A stretch of DNA of 64,000 bases, from the NCBI GenBank assembly GCA_951406725.2, contig OX597817.1:14694001-14758000 (forward strand). Reading direction: 5' to 3'. Shown here piece by piece: positions 39,906 through 51,508 of this stretch. Each line of letters starts with the position of its first letter. Position 1 is the first letter of the stretch. The notes beneath the pieces were generated by a model, which was given only the letters and a program-made list of their open reading frames with translations, was not told where the DNA came from and searched no databases. A program made the position numbers and the translations under genes. Source of the stretch: Octopus vulgaris (Eukaryota).

Positions 39906-40031
39906 TATGATCCTATGCTGGTGATTGCTTCACAAAGCATGCTCAACCAACTCCATGAAACTCAGAAGGAAGTTCCTACAATATTTGCAGTTTATAGTGA
40001 TGAAACTAAGAAAAAAAACACGCAATCATTA

Positions 40032-40439
40032 GGCGCAGGAGTGGCTGTGTGGTAAGTAGCTTGTTTACCAACCACATGGTTCCGGGTTCAGTCCCACTGC
40101 GTGGCACCTTGGGCAAGTGTCTTCTACTATAGCCCCGGGCCAACCAAAGCCTTGTGAGTGGATTTGGTAGACGGAAACTGAAAGAAGCCCGTCGTATATA
40201 TGTATATATGTGTATGTGTGTGTGTATGTTTGTGTGTCTGTGTTTGTCCCCCTAGCATTGCTTGACAACCGATGCTGGTGTGTTTACGTCCCCGTTACTT
40301 AGCGGTTCAGCAAAAGAGACCAATAGAATAAGTACTGGGCTTACAAAAGAATAAGTCCCAGGGTCAATTTGTTCGACTAAAGGCGGTGCTCCAGCATGGC
40401 CGCAGTCAAATGGCTGAAACAAGTAAAAGAGTAAAGAGT
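40032..40439 (+). mobile_element. SINE family A, full length
   Basis: Family A head, body and tail. Confidence 0.9.
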
Positions 40440-40664
40440 TACCACTCAAGAGGCAGGCTACTGTAACAAGAGTTCTTAACAAAAAGCACACAACTCATCA
40501 TAACTCCAACAAATACTATAACCACAGTATGATAGACACCATTTTACAAGGGCCAGTACATTCCAGCCAGTCTATCATCACTCATCACCCAATGCCAAGA
40601 CTCTCTTTTTTTTGGGACAGGGGCTATCTACTCTCAACTATCAAAATTTGGAAGAAACATCTGG

Positions 40665-41070
40665 GGCTGTGTGGTAAGTAGCTTGCTAACCAACCAAATG
40701 GTTCCGAGTTCAGTCCCACTGCGTGGCATCTTGGGCAAGTGTCTTCTGCTATAGCCCCGGGCCGACCAATGCCTTGTGAGTGGATTTGGTAGACGGAAAC
40801 TGAAAGAAGCCTGTCGTATATATATATATATGTGTGTGTGTGTGTATGTGTGTGTGTTTGTGTGTGTGTGTTTGTCCCCCTAGCATTGCTGACAACCGAT
40901 GCTTTTGTGTTTATGTCCCTGTTACTTAGCGGTTCGGCAAAAGAGACCGATAGAATAAGTACTGGGCTTACAAAAGAATAAGTCCCGGGGTCAATTTGCT
41001 CGACTAAAGGCGGTGCTCCAGCATGGCCACAGTCAAATGACTGAAACAAATAAAAGAGTAAAAGAGTAAA
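40665..41070 (+). mobile_element. SINE family A
   Basis: Family A body and tail, first about 10 nt missing. Confidence 0.88.
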
Positions 41071-42663
41071 CTGTCTCAAAGGCCATCTCAGCTTCATAAG
41101 ATACAGGCTTTCAAAGGCTGAGTGCACAAACATCCCTTCAAACTGTCACAATCGAAAATACAATGAACCAATGTTTGGCCCCTTAAAAGCTTATAACCAA
41201 TGATGCTCTCAATCACAAATACATGACATAAAGAAAAAAAAATTCAGCCATTATGAAATCTATCACTCCCTTACAGAAACTTTTTGTGTCATGTACCTTT
41301 TATTTTATATAGGCTATGCCTTTCATACATATTTCCTCAAATTTTTCCCTGGTGGCACATTAAATGCACCAACCAATCGTGGCCAATGCCAGACACCCCT
41401 GGCACCTGTGCCGGTGGCACGTAAAAAGCACCCACTACACCCGCGGAGTGGTTGGCGTTAGGAAGGGAATCCAGCTGTAGAAACACTGCCAGATCAGACT
41501 GGAGCCTGGTGCAGCCCCTGGCTTCCCAGACCCCATCAAACTGTCCAACCCGTGCTAGTGTGGAAAACGGACATTAAACGATATAAATCAAACTGTACAT
41601 CATCATCATCATCATTTAACGTCCATTGTCCATGCTGCCATGGGTTGAATGGTTTGACCATGGCTGGCAAGCTGGAAGGCTGTACCAGGCTCTAGTCTGA
41701 TTTGACATGATTTCTACAGCTGGATGCCTTTCCAAACACCAAATACTCAAAGAGTGTAATAGGTACCTTTACATGCCACCAGCACAGGTGCCATTCGTGT
41801 GACACCAGTACCTGCCACAACTATTATTTCACTTGGCTTGATGGATCTTCTTCTCAAGCATGACATAATGCCAAAGGTCTTGGTCATTTGTCATTGCTTC
41901 CACGAGACCCAACATACTTCTGGCATTGGTCATATTCAAAAAAGGATCAAAGGTTCTTCTTGAGCCATGCATTCATAAGGCTAGTTTCCAGGATTCTGTA
42001 GTGTGTATATTTCACCATAGATTCACTCATTTTTACCAGCTGAGTGGACTGGGGTAACATGAAATGAAGTGATTTGCTTAGGAACACAACACATCACCTG
42101 ACCCAAGGATTGGGACCACAATCTTACAATGATGAGTGCAACGCCCTAACCACTTAGCCACGTATCTTGACACTGTACATATCAGACTGTTGCAAAGGGA
42201 GCTGGATCTCTGTCTCAAACATTTTTTTTATTTACATCTAGTTTATAAAAGCATAAATCACTGGATAAGAAAAACTAAATATATCTACACTTCTCATCAA
42301 AACAAGTGGAGAGGTTGAATAAAAACACTTGAGTTATCTTTAAGAAGTAAAATAAAGCAGAAAACAGTAACAAATTATTTGGCACTTTTATACCAAATAT
42401 AATTTGTTGAGTTTTTTTTTTTTTATATCTATAAGACACATGACCAACATCCACTTATAATCAGCATCATTATCATCATCGCCATTCCTCTCATTCTATT
42501 TACTCATTTGGTTTTTTTTGTATTGTTTGCTCGTGTTCTTTCTTGTCCATTTCAAAATAGACCTTATCAAATTGAAAAGAAATATCTCCTCAAAATAAAA
42601 GATAAAAATGTTTACAAAATTATGACTATAAAATAATAAATACATTATTAATGGAATACAAAC

Positions 42664-42770
42664 CTAAGTTCTTGGAATGCAGCCTGTATACTATCTAATG
42701 GTGCTTGACAAATTGCCAAAGTTGTAACAACATCTTGAAGGAATCTAAACAACTGGTTATGATCATCATC
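42664..42770 (-). CDS. RELCH: RELCH-like exon (107 nt)
   Basis: ttatttag acceptor, gtttgt donor; DDDHNQLFRFLQDVVTTLAICQAPLDSIQAAFQEL + 2 nt (cf. RELCH FLEDVMTLLSLSHAPLDSLKASFVEL). Confidence 0.9.
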
Positions 42771-43456
42771 CTAAATAATGTAGAAAAGAAAAAAATTAAA
42801 TACATAGCAAAACATCAAAGAAGTCAGGGTATGGAATAGCATAGAATTCTTTATCATTTGTAAAGTATTGTGCCTTACTGTTCTAAGTTCAAATCCTACT
42901 AATACTGACTATCTTTCATTCTGCTCGAGTTAATAAAATAAGTGCCATGCAGTATAAGGAGAAAAGTACAATTAACTTCTAGCTCATGTTATTACAAAAT
43001 TGTTCTTAATCAAAAGAAATTATCATAGTTCATTATTTTATTTTCTAGAAACATTCAACTTATGAGTGGTAAATGAAGAAAAGACGTAAGAGACTAAACA
43101 GAAGTGATAATTTCACATTGGTGGTGGCCAATTAACTATCACTCCAAACCAATTTCCTTCATGAGTTATATACGCAAACCGAAAGCTGACTTGTGATAAA
43201 AGAGATCAAAGTCAATAGTTATAAAGCTAGTTTTTGATTACCACACCCCCACGAGAATAAGCAGTGAAAATGATCCGCCCTTAATATGATAACACTATAA
43301 CCCTAATAGGCATTAATCAATGAGGAAAACGTAGTTTTGTACAGCATTCTTTTCATATGGGTTAATTTATTTAGTACTTTCTAGAAGAATCAATAAAGTG
43401 AGATGACTATAACAGGGAGCTAAATCATTAATCATTGATTTAGTTATGTGTTTACG

Positions 43457-43494
<38 letters not shown>

Positions 43495-43902
43495 GTAGTC
43501 ATTCTTTCTTTTCCTTTTAAAAAAAAAAAACTTGAGTCTGAACAATTGAAAATAATAAAAATGACAATTTTTGAACAGCTTTCTGAAAACTGAAGAAAGG
43601 AAACCAGAAAGAAAAAAGATACTGAGAATATTTCTATCATTGCTAAAACAAAATATAAATGATGTACAGCTTGAACTCTTTAAGGAATCAATTGTACAGA
43701 AATATGAAGAACAAAATGAAACAAAAAAAAATCAACAAAAGTCAATGAAAGTTGTTGAAGGAAAAACAGGAGTAAAATTATAACACTTTGAGCATGGTTC
43801 TACATCGAATAAAGGGGAAAAGTCCAGAGAGGCAGACTGTCAAGGGAATAGCATGTGTCATTACATATGCAAAAATATATATACATATATACACTCACAC
43901 AT

Positions 43903-43948
<46 letters not shown>

Positions 43949-44000
43949 CATGCTAGCATGGAAAACAGACGCTAAACGATGATGATGATGATGATGATGA

Positions 44001-44046
<46 letters not shown>

Positions 44047-44051
<5 letters not shown>

Positions 44052-44352
44052 CAAGATAAGGGCAGAAGAAAAATTCTAATGCCAGATACGCCGAAACAAA
44101 AAAAATGTCGATAACCATTAAATTTATGAGTCTCGAAACAAACCGATAGAAATCTCTAAAAAATTCGTTATTACCGTATTGGTCCAATTTCGGGGTTAAT
44201 TCACAACAAATTTTCCCCTCTTCAGCGGCACATACGCGAGATATAAATGAAATACTTATTCATACCCACGGAAGAAGTAAGCACCAAGCACCAATTTTTT
44301 TGTTTCGCCGTATCTGGCATTAGAATTTTTCTTCTGCCCTTATCTTGTAAAT
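44047..44352. mobile_element. Penelope-like non-autonomous fragment with about 58-bp inverted ends enclosing a hammerhead
   Basis: 44047-44106 is the near-perfect reverse complement of 44294-44352; hammerhead inside. Confidence 0.6.
44172..44230 (-). ncRNA. Type I hammerhead ribozyme motif
   Basis: tgccg-CUGAAGA-gggg(19 nt)cccc-GAAA-uuggaccaa-UA-cggua: intact core with stems I, II and III paired. Confidence 0.85.
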
Positions 44353-44435
44353 TATGTATAAATTTTACCTTCAAAGGCATTTTTTGATATGCTGGCCATT
44401 GATAAAATTTTTTTCCCGAAAAAATTATATATATA

Positions 44436-44818
44436 CTAGCAGTATCGCCCGGCGTTGCTCGGGTTTGTAAGGGAAATAACTATAAAGCATTTTTAGAGAG
44501 TTATAGCCAAAAAATAGCCAAAAAATGGGAAAAAAATTGTGGTAAATTTATTTTTGAGTTAAAAAGGTGGAGTTGCGTCCCCTAGACAGTCTGTGGTTTG
44601 TGTTTCTGATTCTCGACCCCATGTCGAATTTATCGATTTTTTTCAGAACTGGGGGAACTTTTCAAAATTTTCGCTGCGTTAGTTTTGAATTATGACATTA
44701 TGCTATGTGTGTGTTAAGTTTCATCAGAATCGGTTGAAAGCCTTGGTCAGGGTGAGGGTACAAGCTGACAGACACACAGAAACACGCACAGACAAACTGC
44801 CGTTTATATAGAGAGAGA
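44436..44818 (-). mobile_element. Non-autonomous Helitron (same 3' end as 29830, different 5' half)
   Basis: A|TC start, CCCGAGCAACGCCGGG hairpin, CTAG|T end; about 70 nt shared with the 29830 copy. Confidence 0.75.
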
Positions 44819-45004
44819 TATATACATAATGTATATATACACATAATGTACACACACACACACACACACACACTATATATATATAAACAAGAAAAGGTAA
44901 TAAACCTCATTAAGGGATCATAAATCCAATGAAAATACTGGTTAGTTACCAACCTGTAGAAAGTTCAACTATAAGGTAACCATGGTTCATATATTTATAT
45001 ATTT

Positions 45005-45343
45005 AAAGAATAAGGAGAAAATGGAGAGGTAATTGATAAAATTATTTATTAATTATAAAATATGACAACATCTCTGACACCTGTTTCGATTCGGAAATCT
45101 TTAGATAATTAATTTATAAAATTGATTAGTAAAGACGTACTGATTAGAAAGACATGTTGAGATAACAGCTAGAGGCCATTAACTCTTTACTACCTCTGAA
45201 GAGATTCCTCTTAAAATGATTTTTAATTTTATAAATTAATTGTCTAAAGATTTCTGAATTGAAACAGCTGTCAGAGATGTTGTCATATTTTATAATTAAT
45301 AAATGATTTTATTAATTACCTCTCCATTTTCTCCTTATTCTTT
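45005..45343. mobile_element. Penelope-like fragment with about 118-bp inverted arms
   Basis: 45005-45122 is the reverse complement of 45225-45343 with few mismatches; the right arm overlaps the hammerhead motif. Confidence 0.55.
45194..45276 (+). ncRNA. Hammerhead-like motif with long AT-rich stem II insert
   Basis: CTGAAGA(45196)-gattc...gaatt-GAAA(45261)-cagctg-TC-agag; palindromic stem III; stem I only about 2 bp. Confidence 0.55.
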
Positions 45344-45344
45344 A

Positions 45345-45812
45345 CATGCCTTGTTTCCCTGGGCATGGATTCACTGAAGCTCCGGCGTCTGGTGATGGAC
45401 TTGGTAAACAACCACAAAGTTATCAACCACCTCACCAACAACAACACTGAACACCTTTTTGATCTCCATGTGTCCAACACACGTGGACATGCCTACAAAG
45501 TCAGAAAACAGCAAGGCTCCCATGACTTTCGGAAACATTTTTTCATGCTCAGAGTTGCTGAAGCATGGAACAAACTGCCTGCGTCAGTTGTTGACTGCCA
45601 TGACACTGCATCCTTTAAGGCCCTCATGCTTTCCGAAATCCGCCGAAACTACACCTGATTGTCCCCCTTCCATACTCATACACATATGTGTATGTCATGA
45701 CTCATGCACTGTTCTTTTCCTGACGCTTGTACATTACCCTATGTACTATACATACACTTTAGATGAGTTGTAGTGCACCTGAGCACTGTACACAATGTTT
45801 TATTATTATTAT

Positions 45813-45815
<3 letters not shown>
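45345..45815 (+). mobile_element. CR1-type LINE 3' fragment with (ATT)n tail
   Basis: LKLRRL..TRGHAYKV..RKHFFMLRVAEAWNKLP C-terminal motif. Confidence 0.85.
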
Positions 45816-45852
<37 letters not shown>

Positions 45853-46889
45853 GTATGTGTGGTGCCTTTCAAATTAAAACTATATAAAAAGTTGCCATCG
45901 TTAAATGTATTTATTTCTTTGTAAATAATTGGAAAATTTTTTTTAGTCATTTTATCAATAACAACATGGATATTTTCGCAAATTTGGATATTCACATATT
46001 GCAGGAATGTTTGGTCTAAAGCTGCCATTTAACACCACCTAGTGGTTATGTATGAGCTCACGTAATGTGCTTAGGCCAAGACCAGAACACAGTAGTAGTT
46101 ATAGCAAGATTTAGTAATACAGTAGAAGTTGCAGTAAGAACATAGCAATCCATGTAGCTTAACATCACAGCAACTTTATCTGTAATAAATTGGACTACTG
46201 AAATATAAAGTCATATTCAGTGTAAATGCTTTCTAAAGGATAAACTACAACCTTAACCTTTTAGTATTTAAACCAGCCATATTTGGACAAAATATGCCTC
46301 CTGCTTTATGTTAAAACTGGTTTCTCAATTCTACCCTACATCATTATTCTAAAAAATGAACAGCTACATCATCAAAAGTCAATGAAAGTTGTTGAAGGAA
46401 AAACAGGAGTAAAATTATAACACTTTGAGCATGGTTCTACATCGAATAAAGGGAAAAAGTCCAGAGAAGCAGACTGTCAAGGGAATAGCATGTGTTATTA
46501 CATGGGCAAAAATATATATACATATTATACACTCACACATTATGTGTATATATATATATATATGTGTATATATATATATATATATGCCAGCGCTGCCTCG
46601 ACTGGCTTCTTTGCCGGTGGCACATAAAAAGCACCATCCGAACGTGGCCGATGCCAGCTCCGCCTTGGCTGGCTTCCGTGCTGGTGGCACGTTAAAAGCA
46701 CCAACCGATCGTGGCCGATGCCAGACTCCCCTGGCACTTGTGCCGGTGGCACGTAAAAAGCACCCACTACACTCGCGGAGTGGTTGGCGTTAGGAAGGGC
46801 ATCCAGCTGTAGAAACACTGCCAGATCAGACTGGAGCCTGGTGCAGCCCTGGCTTCCCAGACCCCGGTCGTTAAACGATGATGATGATG

Positions 46890-46920
<31 letters not shown>

Positions 46921-47023
46921 ACAAGTAATACTTATTTGTCACAAGTAATCTGTCACAAGTAATACTTATTTATTCACATTGTTTTAAATTAATCGTGCTT
47001 TATCTTGAAGCTTTGAGATTTTG

Positions 47024-47056
<33 letters not shown>

Positions 47057-47134
47057 ATAATATGAATGCCAACGGATAAAAGCTGTTGGCACCCTACTTT
47101 AACATTAGTAAGTTTTCATGAATCCATCCTAGAC

Positions 47135-47348
47135 TTTACTCTCTTTACTCTTTTACTTGTTTCAGTCATTTGACTGCAGCCATGCTGGAGCACCGCCTTA
47201 AATCGAGCAACTCGACCCCGGGACTTATTCTTTTGTAAGCCCAGTACTTATTCTATCGGCCTCTTTTGCCGAACTGCTAAGTGACGGGGACATAAACACA
47301 CCAGCAAAGGTTGTCAAGCAATGCTAGGGGTCAAACACAGACACACAA

Positions 47349-47401
<53 letters not shown>

Positions 47402-47566
47402 CACAATGGGCTTCTTTCAGTTTCCGTCTACCAAATCCACTCACAAGGCTTTGGTTGGCCCGAGGCTATAGTAGAAGACACTTGCCCAAGGTGCCACGCA
47501 GTGGGACTGAAACCGGAACCATGTGGTTGGTAAGCAAGCTACTTACCACACAGCCACTCCTGCGCC
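47135..47566 (-). mobile_element. SINE family A, full length
   Basis: Family A head, body and tail. Confidence 0.9.
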
Positions 47567-47942
47567 TATATTTTCTTATTTTCAATTTTTAAAATGTTCC
47601 TTCCATTATATAGAGTATAATTTCTATAATCCACATCAACATATCATTTCATCATTTTGTACATTTTAATGAAATCTCCACACAATTACAACATTTTTCA
47701 TGTCAATTAGTTCAAATCACTATTCACACAACTCAACTTAATGAACAAAATATTTGAAGTCTTCCAAATAAACCTTTTTTTACATTTATAGATATAGCAA
47801 TGGGCTACACTAAATACCCCAATATTAATAAATTTATAAATATTATTTAAAAAATATGATGACTGACAATTGGTAATATATAGATCTTCATACAATTCTT
47901 AAAGTGTGTCTACCTTATGTATTCTCATAAAAAGAACCTGAT

Positions 47943-49108
47943 AGTAATGAAATTTTATTTGCATTACTTTCTGACTGGTCCTTGTATATCCTGTATCATA
48001 TATTCTTTTCTACTCTAGGCACAAGGCCTGAAATTTTGGGGGGTGGGGCCAGTCGATTAGCTTGACCCCAGTATGCAACTGGTACTTTTAGAATCATTTT
48101 GGCTTGTTCTTTATTTCCATAATTTGTTTTAACCTTCACAACCAAGGCTATGCTGGAGATTTTTCATTCTTGATTATCCTTGTGAAATAAACATGGAAGC
48201 ATTTATGCTTCAATCACGATAGCCACTAGCTAAGTTATGCAAGAGACTCATAACATAATGGCAAGCTCCTCAGTGCAGGTGGTAAACTCATAACATTACA
48301 AGGTTTGTAAGACAGGCCCTATTCTCATTTATAACAATCTCTTTTAAGTTAGTAATTTCCATAAAGGATAAAGCTCAAGCAATTGATTTTATTTCCTACA
48401 GGGATAATTATTAATTTATCCTATCTCAGGTGAAAAATACACCAGAGATGCTTTGCTCCACAAAGAGACTGCAGGAGCCATTCAGAGCTATTGTAAGCTT
48501 TTCACGTGAATCCATTACAGGTCGAAAACCTTTCTGTGCCATCAATAGTCTATTTATTAAACCTCAATGACCGAGGGGTATTTACTTTATCAACCTCAGA
48601 AAGGATGAAATGCAAAGTCAGCCTTATGAAATCAGAATGCAAAGGGACATAATTAAAAACCAGAAGGCATTTTGTTTGATACGCAACCAATTCTGCCATC
48701 TCCCATTCAACATACACAATATATATGATAAACAATATACGATACACAATACAAAATATATGATACACAATGTACACTATATGATACACAATACAAAATA
48801 TATGATATACAATGTACAATATATGATACAGAATATATGGTATTAAGGTGGCGAGCTGGCAGAAGCGTTACCATAGCAGGCAAAATGCTTAGCGGTATTT
48901 CGTCTGTCTCTAATTCCACCAAGGTCAATTTTGCCTTTCATTCTTTCAGGGTTGATAAATTAAGTACCAGTTGCATACTGGGGTCAAGCTAATCGACTGG
49001 GCCCCCTCCCCCAAAATTTGGGGCCTTGTGCCTAGAGTAGAAAAGAATATATGATACAGGATATACAAGGACCAGTCAGAAAGTAATGCAAATAAAATTT
49101 CATTACTT
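47943..49108. repeat. About 145-bp inverted duplication (47943-48087 / 48962-49108)
   Basis: Includes a family B SINE 3' end plus about 60 bp of flank, reverse-complementary. Confidence 0.9.
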
Positions 49109-49688
49109 TGTGACTCACCCTTGTATTCTTTTATTCTTGTTGTTTCAGGAATTTGACTGTGGCCATGCTGGAGCACTGCCTTAAAGGGTTTTACTCAAAG
49201 AAATCGACCTCAAAACTTATTCTTTGTAAGCCTAGTACTTATTCTCTTTGCCAAACAGCATTGGTTGTCAAGTGATGGTTGGGAGACAAACACAGACACA
49301 AGGACACACACACACACATATATATACAACAGGCTTCTTTCAGTTTCTATCTACCAAATCCACTCACAAGGCTTTGGTCAGCCCATGGCTATAGTAGAAG
49401 ATATTTGCCCAAGGTGCAACACAAAGGGACTGAGCCCAGAACTGTGGCTGGAAAGCAAGTTTCTTACCACACAGTCATGCCTGCTCCTATCAATAAACTA
49501 TCCATTAATCTTCTGGTATTTTTTCCACAAGTCTCCATCAGGTCATAGGATAGAGACTGGGAAGCTAAACAATCAAAACATTAAGTAAATGGGAACCCTT
49601 AATCTCTGAGTTAATGAATCTGGATTATAAATGAGTGTGAGCTCACAAGTTCAAAACCTGTGGGTATCAAAATTATTTAATACATAAT

Positions 49689-49895
49689 TCTTTTACTTGT
49701 TTCAGTCATTTGACTGCAGCCATGCTGGAGCACCGCCTTTAGTCGAGCAAATCGACCCCGGGACTTATTCTTTTGTAAGCCCAGTACTTATTCTATCGGT
49801 CTCTTTTGCCGAACCGCTAAGTGACGGGGACATAAATGTACCAGCATCAGTTGTCAAGCAATGCTAGGGAGACAAACACAGACACACAAACATAT

Positions 49896-49926
<31 letters not shown>

Positions 49927-50096
49927 CATATATATGACGGGCTTCTTTCAGTTTCCGTCTACCAAATCCACTCACAAGGCATTGGTCAGCCCGAGGCTAT
50001 AGCAGAAGACACTTGCCCAAGGTGCCACGCAGTGGGACTGAACCTAGAACCATGTGGTTGGTAAGCAAGCTACTTACCACACAGCCACTCCTGCGC
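49689..50096 (-). mobile_element. SINE family A, full length
   Basis: Family A head, body and tail. Older diverged relatives at about 920-1020, 12530-12905, 19445-19650, 24810-25210, 49125-49487, 50345-50762 (minus) and 38998-39480, 51195-51835, 63640-63800 (plus). Confidence 0.88.
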
Positions 50097-50558
50097 ATAA
50101 TATTCCAGTTTTTTAGATAAGTATGGCAAGAGTTCTTAAATCCTTATAAATCCTATGGTTATTTAGATTAGGAGTAATAATTTAAACCCTTCAATAGTTC
50201 TAAATTATAATAAACTGAAGACATAATTGGAAATGAAATGACTTTGTTAACATTTTTAGCTATTTCGATTTTTGGAAAATTCATCTCAAAGACTTTTTTC
50301 TGCACAATCTATATCATATACAAAATAAACCATTTTAATGGTATTCTTGTATTTGCTTCAGTCATTTGACTGCAGCCATGCTGGAGCACCACCTTTAGTC
50401 AAACAAATCAACCCCAGGATTTATCCTTTGTAAGCCTAGTACTTATACTACTGGTTTCTTTCGCCAAACCACTAAGTTACAGGGACATAAACACACCAAC
50501 ACCGGCTGTCAAGCGGTGGAGGAGGTGGAGGGGGACAAACACAGACACACCTACATAG

Positions 50559-50609
<51 letters not shown>

Positions 50610-51270
50610 AAAGGCTCTTTCAGTTTCTCTCCACCAAATCCACTCACAAAGCTTTGGTTGGCCTGAGGCTAAAATGGAAGACACTTTCCCAAGGTGCCAC
50701 ACAGTGAGACTGAACCCGAAACCATGTGGTTGGGAAGCAAGCTTATTACACAGCCACGCCTGTGAAATTTTTCTTTTTTTTTATATTTCAGTTTCTATTG
50801 GATCCACTGCTCAACAACTAAGTCATTATCATTCTCTATTTGGTTGCTTTTGTAACCAGTTAATTGTATACACAGAATATAGTACTCTGCTTGTACATGA
50901 CTCAGAATCAAGAATAGGAAACAAATCTATGATTAGTCAGCCAAGAAAATGATACTTCGTTAGAACCTAATTAAAACTCAAAAGGAATTAGCTTCAAATT
51001 TGTGTAAGTAAAAGGAAAGATGGCCATAAACTAGAAATATTGGCATTTAAGATTGTTGGTCATATCTGCTGTTTTCTTTTTCCTTGTCAGGAATTAGGTG
51101 GATTATCTTCTTTCATCAACTAAGATATTTCTGTCGTTCACATGAGAGTGAGAGAAATAATTTAGTTCTCCTTATAAAAGAAAACGGTGGCTATAGGTGG
51201 AGGTGTATGGTAAGAACTTTGCTCTACAACCACATGGTTCCAGGTTCAATGAAACTGGGCAAGTGTCTTA

Positions 51271-51508
51271 CGATTTCATCTCAATCGAAGGAGAGGGGCT
51301 TTCTCCGTCCGGGTTTTGGATCCGTGGAATAAGCTGCCGGACGAGATGGTGAAGATGCCGACAACCGCTCAGTTAAAAGTCTCCCTTGACCACAAGTGGC
51401 CTGAACTCTTTACATGAACACCACCCTGTACATAACTCCATGTCCCCCTACATGGCCTTGCTTTTTGCTTTTTGAGCCAAAAAATTAACTAACTAACTAA
51501 CTAACTAA
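51271..51508 (+). mobile_element. Different CR1-type LINE 3' fragment with (TAAC)n tail nested in an old family A-like SINE
   Basis: FHLNRRRGAFSVRVLDPWNKLPDEMV..LKVSLDHKWPELFT* then short UTR and (TAAC)n. Confidence 0.75.

Larger units (their letters stand above)
43737..46560 (+). repeat. About 185-bp direct duplication (43737-43920 and 46373-46560)
   Basis: AAAAGTCAATGAAAGTTGTTGAAGGAAAAACAGGAG...CACTCACACATTATGTGT repeated with few substitutions. Confidence 0.9.
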
